Shown one piece after another: positions 61,701-64,000 of a stretch of DNA of 64,000 nt (positions within the stretch are counted from its first letter, which is position 1; each line of letters starts with the position of its first letter). The notes beneath the pieces were generated by a model that was not told where the DNA came from, made no database searches, and worked only from the letters and a program-made list of their open reading frames with translations. Source of the stretch: Eledone cirrhosa (Eukaryota); NCBI GenBank assembly GCA_964016885.1, contig OZ024744.1, positions 1,736,001 to 1,800,000 of the forward strand, read 5' to 3'. Both the position numbers and the translations under genes were made by a program.

Positions 61701-64000
61701 ACTTCGTTCTTCACCAAGCTATCTTTCTCTACCTTGTCTTCCCCCAAAACTTCGTTCTTCACCAAGCTATCTTTCTCTACCTTGTCTTCCCACAAAACTT
61801 CGTTCTTCACCAAGCTATCTTTCTCTACCTTGTCTTCCCCCAAAACTTCGTTCTTCACCAAGCTATCTTTCTCTACCTTGTCTTCCCACAAAACTTCGTT
61901 CTTCACCAAGCTATCTTTCTCTACCTTGTCTTCCCACAAAACTTCGTTCTTCACCAAGCTATCTTTCTCTACCTTGTCTTCCCCCAAAACTTCGTTCTTC
62001 ACCAAGCTATCTTTCTCTACCTTGTCTTCCCACAAAACTTCGTTCTTCACCAAGCTATCTTTCTCTACCTTGTCTTCCCACAAAACGTCGTTCTTCACCA
62101 AGCTATCTTTCTCTACCTTGTCTTCCCTCAAAACTTCGTTCTTCACCAAGCTATGTTTCTCTACATTGTCTTCCCCAAAACTTCGTTCTTCACCAAGCTA
62201 TCTTTCTCTACCTTGTCTTCCCCCAAAACTTCGTTCTTCACCAAGCTATCTTTCTCTACCTTGTCTTCCCCCAAAACTTCGTTCTTCACCAAGCTATCTT
62301 TCTCTACCTTGTCTTCCCCCAAAACTTCGTTCTTCACCAAGCTATCTTTCTCTACCTTGTCTTCCCACAAAACTTCGTTCTTCACCAAGCTATCTTTCTC
62401 TACCTTGTCTTCCCTCAAAACGTCGTTCTTCACCAAGCTATCTTTCTCTACCTTGTCTTCTCCCAAAACTTCGTTATTCACCAATCTATCTTTCTCTACC
62501 TTGTCTTCCCTCAAACCTTCGTTCTTCACCAAGCTATCTTTCTCTACCTTGTCTTCCCCCAAAACTTCGTTCTTCACCAAGCTATCTTTCTCTACATTGT
62601 CTTCCCCAAAACTTCGTTCTTCACCAAGCTATCTTTCTCTACCTTGTCTTCCCCCAAAACTTCATTGTTCACCAAGCTATCTTTCTCTACCTTGTCTTCC
62701 CCCAAAACTTCGTTCTTCACCAAGCTATCTTTCTCTACCTTGTCTTCCCCCAAAACTTCGTTCTTCACCAAGCTATCTTTCTCTACCTCGTCTTCCCACA
62801 AAACTTCATTCTTCACCAAGCTATCTTTCTCTACCTTGTCTTCCCACAAAACGTCGTTCTTCACCAAGCTATCTTTCTCTACCTTGTCTTCCCTCAAAAC
62901 TTCGTTCTTCACCAAGCTATCTTTCTCTACCTTGTCTTCCCCCAAAACTTCGTTCTTCACCAAGCTATCTTTCTCTACCTTGTCTTCAATCAAAACTTCG
63001 TTCTTCACCAAGCTATCTTTCTCAACCTTGTCTTCTCCCAAAACTTCGTTCTTCACCAAGCTATCTTTCTCTACCTTGTCTTCCCTCAAAACTTCGTTCT
63101 TCACCAAGCTATCTTTCTCTACCTTGTCTTCCCACAAAACGTCATTCTTCACCAAGCTATCTTTCTCTACCTTGTCTTCCGTCAAACCTTCGTTCTTCAC
63201 CAAGCTATCTTTCTCTACCTTGTCTTCCCTCAAAACGTCGTTCTTCACCAAGCTATCTTTCTCTACCTTGTCCTCCCCCAAAACTTTGTTCTTCACCAAG
63301 CTATCTTTCTCTACCTTGTCTTCCCCCAAAACTTCGTTCTTCGCAAGCTATCTTTCTCTACCTTGTCTTCCGTCAAAACTTCGTTCTTCACCAAGATATC
63401 TTTCTCTACCTTGTCTTCCCACAAAACGTCGTTCTTCACCAAGCTATCTTTCTCTACCTTGTCTTCCCTCAGAACTTCGTTCTTCACCAAGCTATCTTTC
63501 TCTACCTTGTCTTCCCCCAAAACTTCGTTCTTCACCAAGCTATCTTTCTCTACATTGTCTTCCCCAAAACTTCGTTCTTCACCAAGCTATCTTTCTCTAC
63601 CTTGTCTTCCCTCAAAACGTCGTTCTTCACCAAGCTATCTTTCTCTACCTTGTCTTCCCCCAAAACTTCGTTCTTCACCAAGCTATCTTTCTCTACCTTG
63701 TCTACCCCCAAAACTTCGTTCTTCACCAAGTCATCTTTCTCTACCTTGTCATCCCACAAAACGTCGTTCTTCACCAAGCTATCTTTCTCTATTTTGTCTT
63801 CCCTCAAAAGGTCGTTCTTCACCAAGCTATCTTTCTCTACCTTGTCTTCCCTCAAAATTTCGTTCTTCACCAAGCTATCTTTCTCGACCTTGTCTTCTCC
63901 CAAAACTTCGTTATTCAGCAAGCTATCTTTCTCTACCTTGTCTTCCCTCAAAACTTCGTTCTTCACCAAGCTATCTTTCTCTACCTTGTCTTCCCCCAAA

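Larger units (their letters stand above)
1..64000. repeat. 48-bp tandem satellite array, about 1,330 head-to-tail monomers in one orientation, running off both window ends
   Basis: The consensus GTTCTTCACCAAGCTATCTTTCTCTACCTTGTCTTCCCCCAAAACTTC recurs every 48 bp (sometimes 47 or 49) from the first base to the last. Monomers usually differ from it by 0-3 bases. Consensus composition is 18 C, 18 T, 9 A, 3 G. Confidence 0.99.
1..64000 (-). other. Cryptic, frameshift-fragmented reading frame encoding (EVLGEDKVEKDSLVKN)n; possible relic of a Glu/Lys/Asp/Val-rich repeat protein, not called as a gene
   Basis: The monomer is exactly 16 codons. One - frame is open and the other two reach TAG within a monomer (..GKTR*, ..GRER*). 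The longest uninterrupted segments are 19539..21206, 17331..18947 and 1271..2872. No non-repetitive start, domain or promoter is present in the window. Confidence 0.3.

Noticed and set aside
650-63570. Indels as long-read homopolymer errors hiding one intact ORF of more than 20,000 codons
   Set aside because: The indels recur at the same positions in duplicated blocks, are linked to specific substitutions, and include non-homopolymer types (TTCGCAAG, TTCATCCAAG). In-frame TAG alleles also exist. Only the singleton deletion near 32338 is a plausible error.
648-63999. The many individual - strand ORFs treated as separate genes or an operon
   Set aside because: Their starts are mostly TTG codons inside the repeat and their ends are frameshift-induced stops. 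There is no intergenic DNA, unique domain or distinct initiation signal.
1-64000. CRISPR array (conserved part of about 33 bp plus variable part of about 15 bp)
   Set aside because: The variable part is only point variants of one sequence, not unique spacers. The repeat is not palindromic, and there is no leader or cas gene.
1-64000. G-quadruplex, i-motif or telomeric repeat
   Set aside because: There is only one G4-5 run per 48 bp, separated by about 43 nt and often interrupted. No telomere-type short unit is present.
1-64000. Assignment to a named satellite, centromere, transposon or known repeat-protein family
   Set aside because: I do not recognise the monomer or the peptide with confidence. 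No terminal repeats, target-site duplications or enzymatic domains are present, so a database search is required.

Overview
The whole 64 kb is one uninterrupted, single-orientation tandem array of a 48-bp monomer (about 1,330 copies). The + strand consensus is GTTCTTCACCAAGCTATCTTTCTCTACCTTGTCTTCCCCCAAAACTTC. I saw no unique sequence, RNA gene, transposon end, inversion or array boundary. The very long + strand ORFs are artefacts, because the consensus has no stop in any + frame. The - strand has one open frame per monomer, encoding the protein-like 16-mer EVLGEDKVEKDSLVKN. That frame is broken almost only by a few recurrent 1-bp indel monomer types and very rarely by nonsense substitutions, and many recurrent variants are synonymous or conservative in it. 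This suggests, by inference, a satellite derived from a coding repeat. Diagnostic variants reveal nested higher-order structure (46-, 129-, 65-, about 28-, 21- and 18-monomer blocks), spatially layered variant domains and CpG-decay variants, as expected for a methylated eukaryotic satellite. I cannot name the repeat family or the organism. All counts and breakpoints were read by eye and are approximate.
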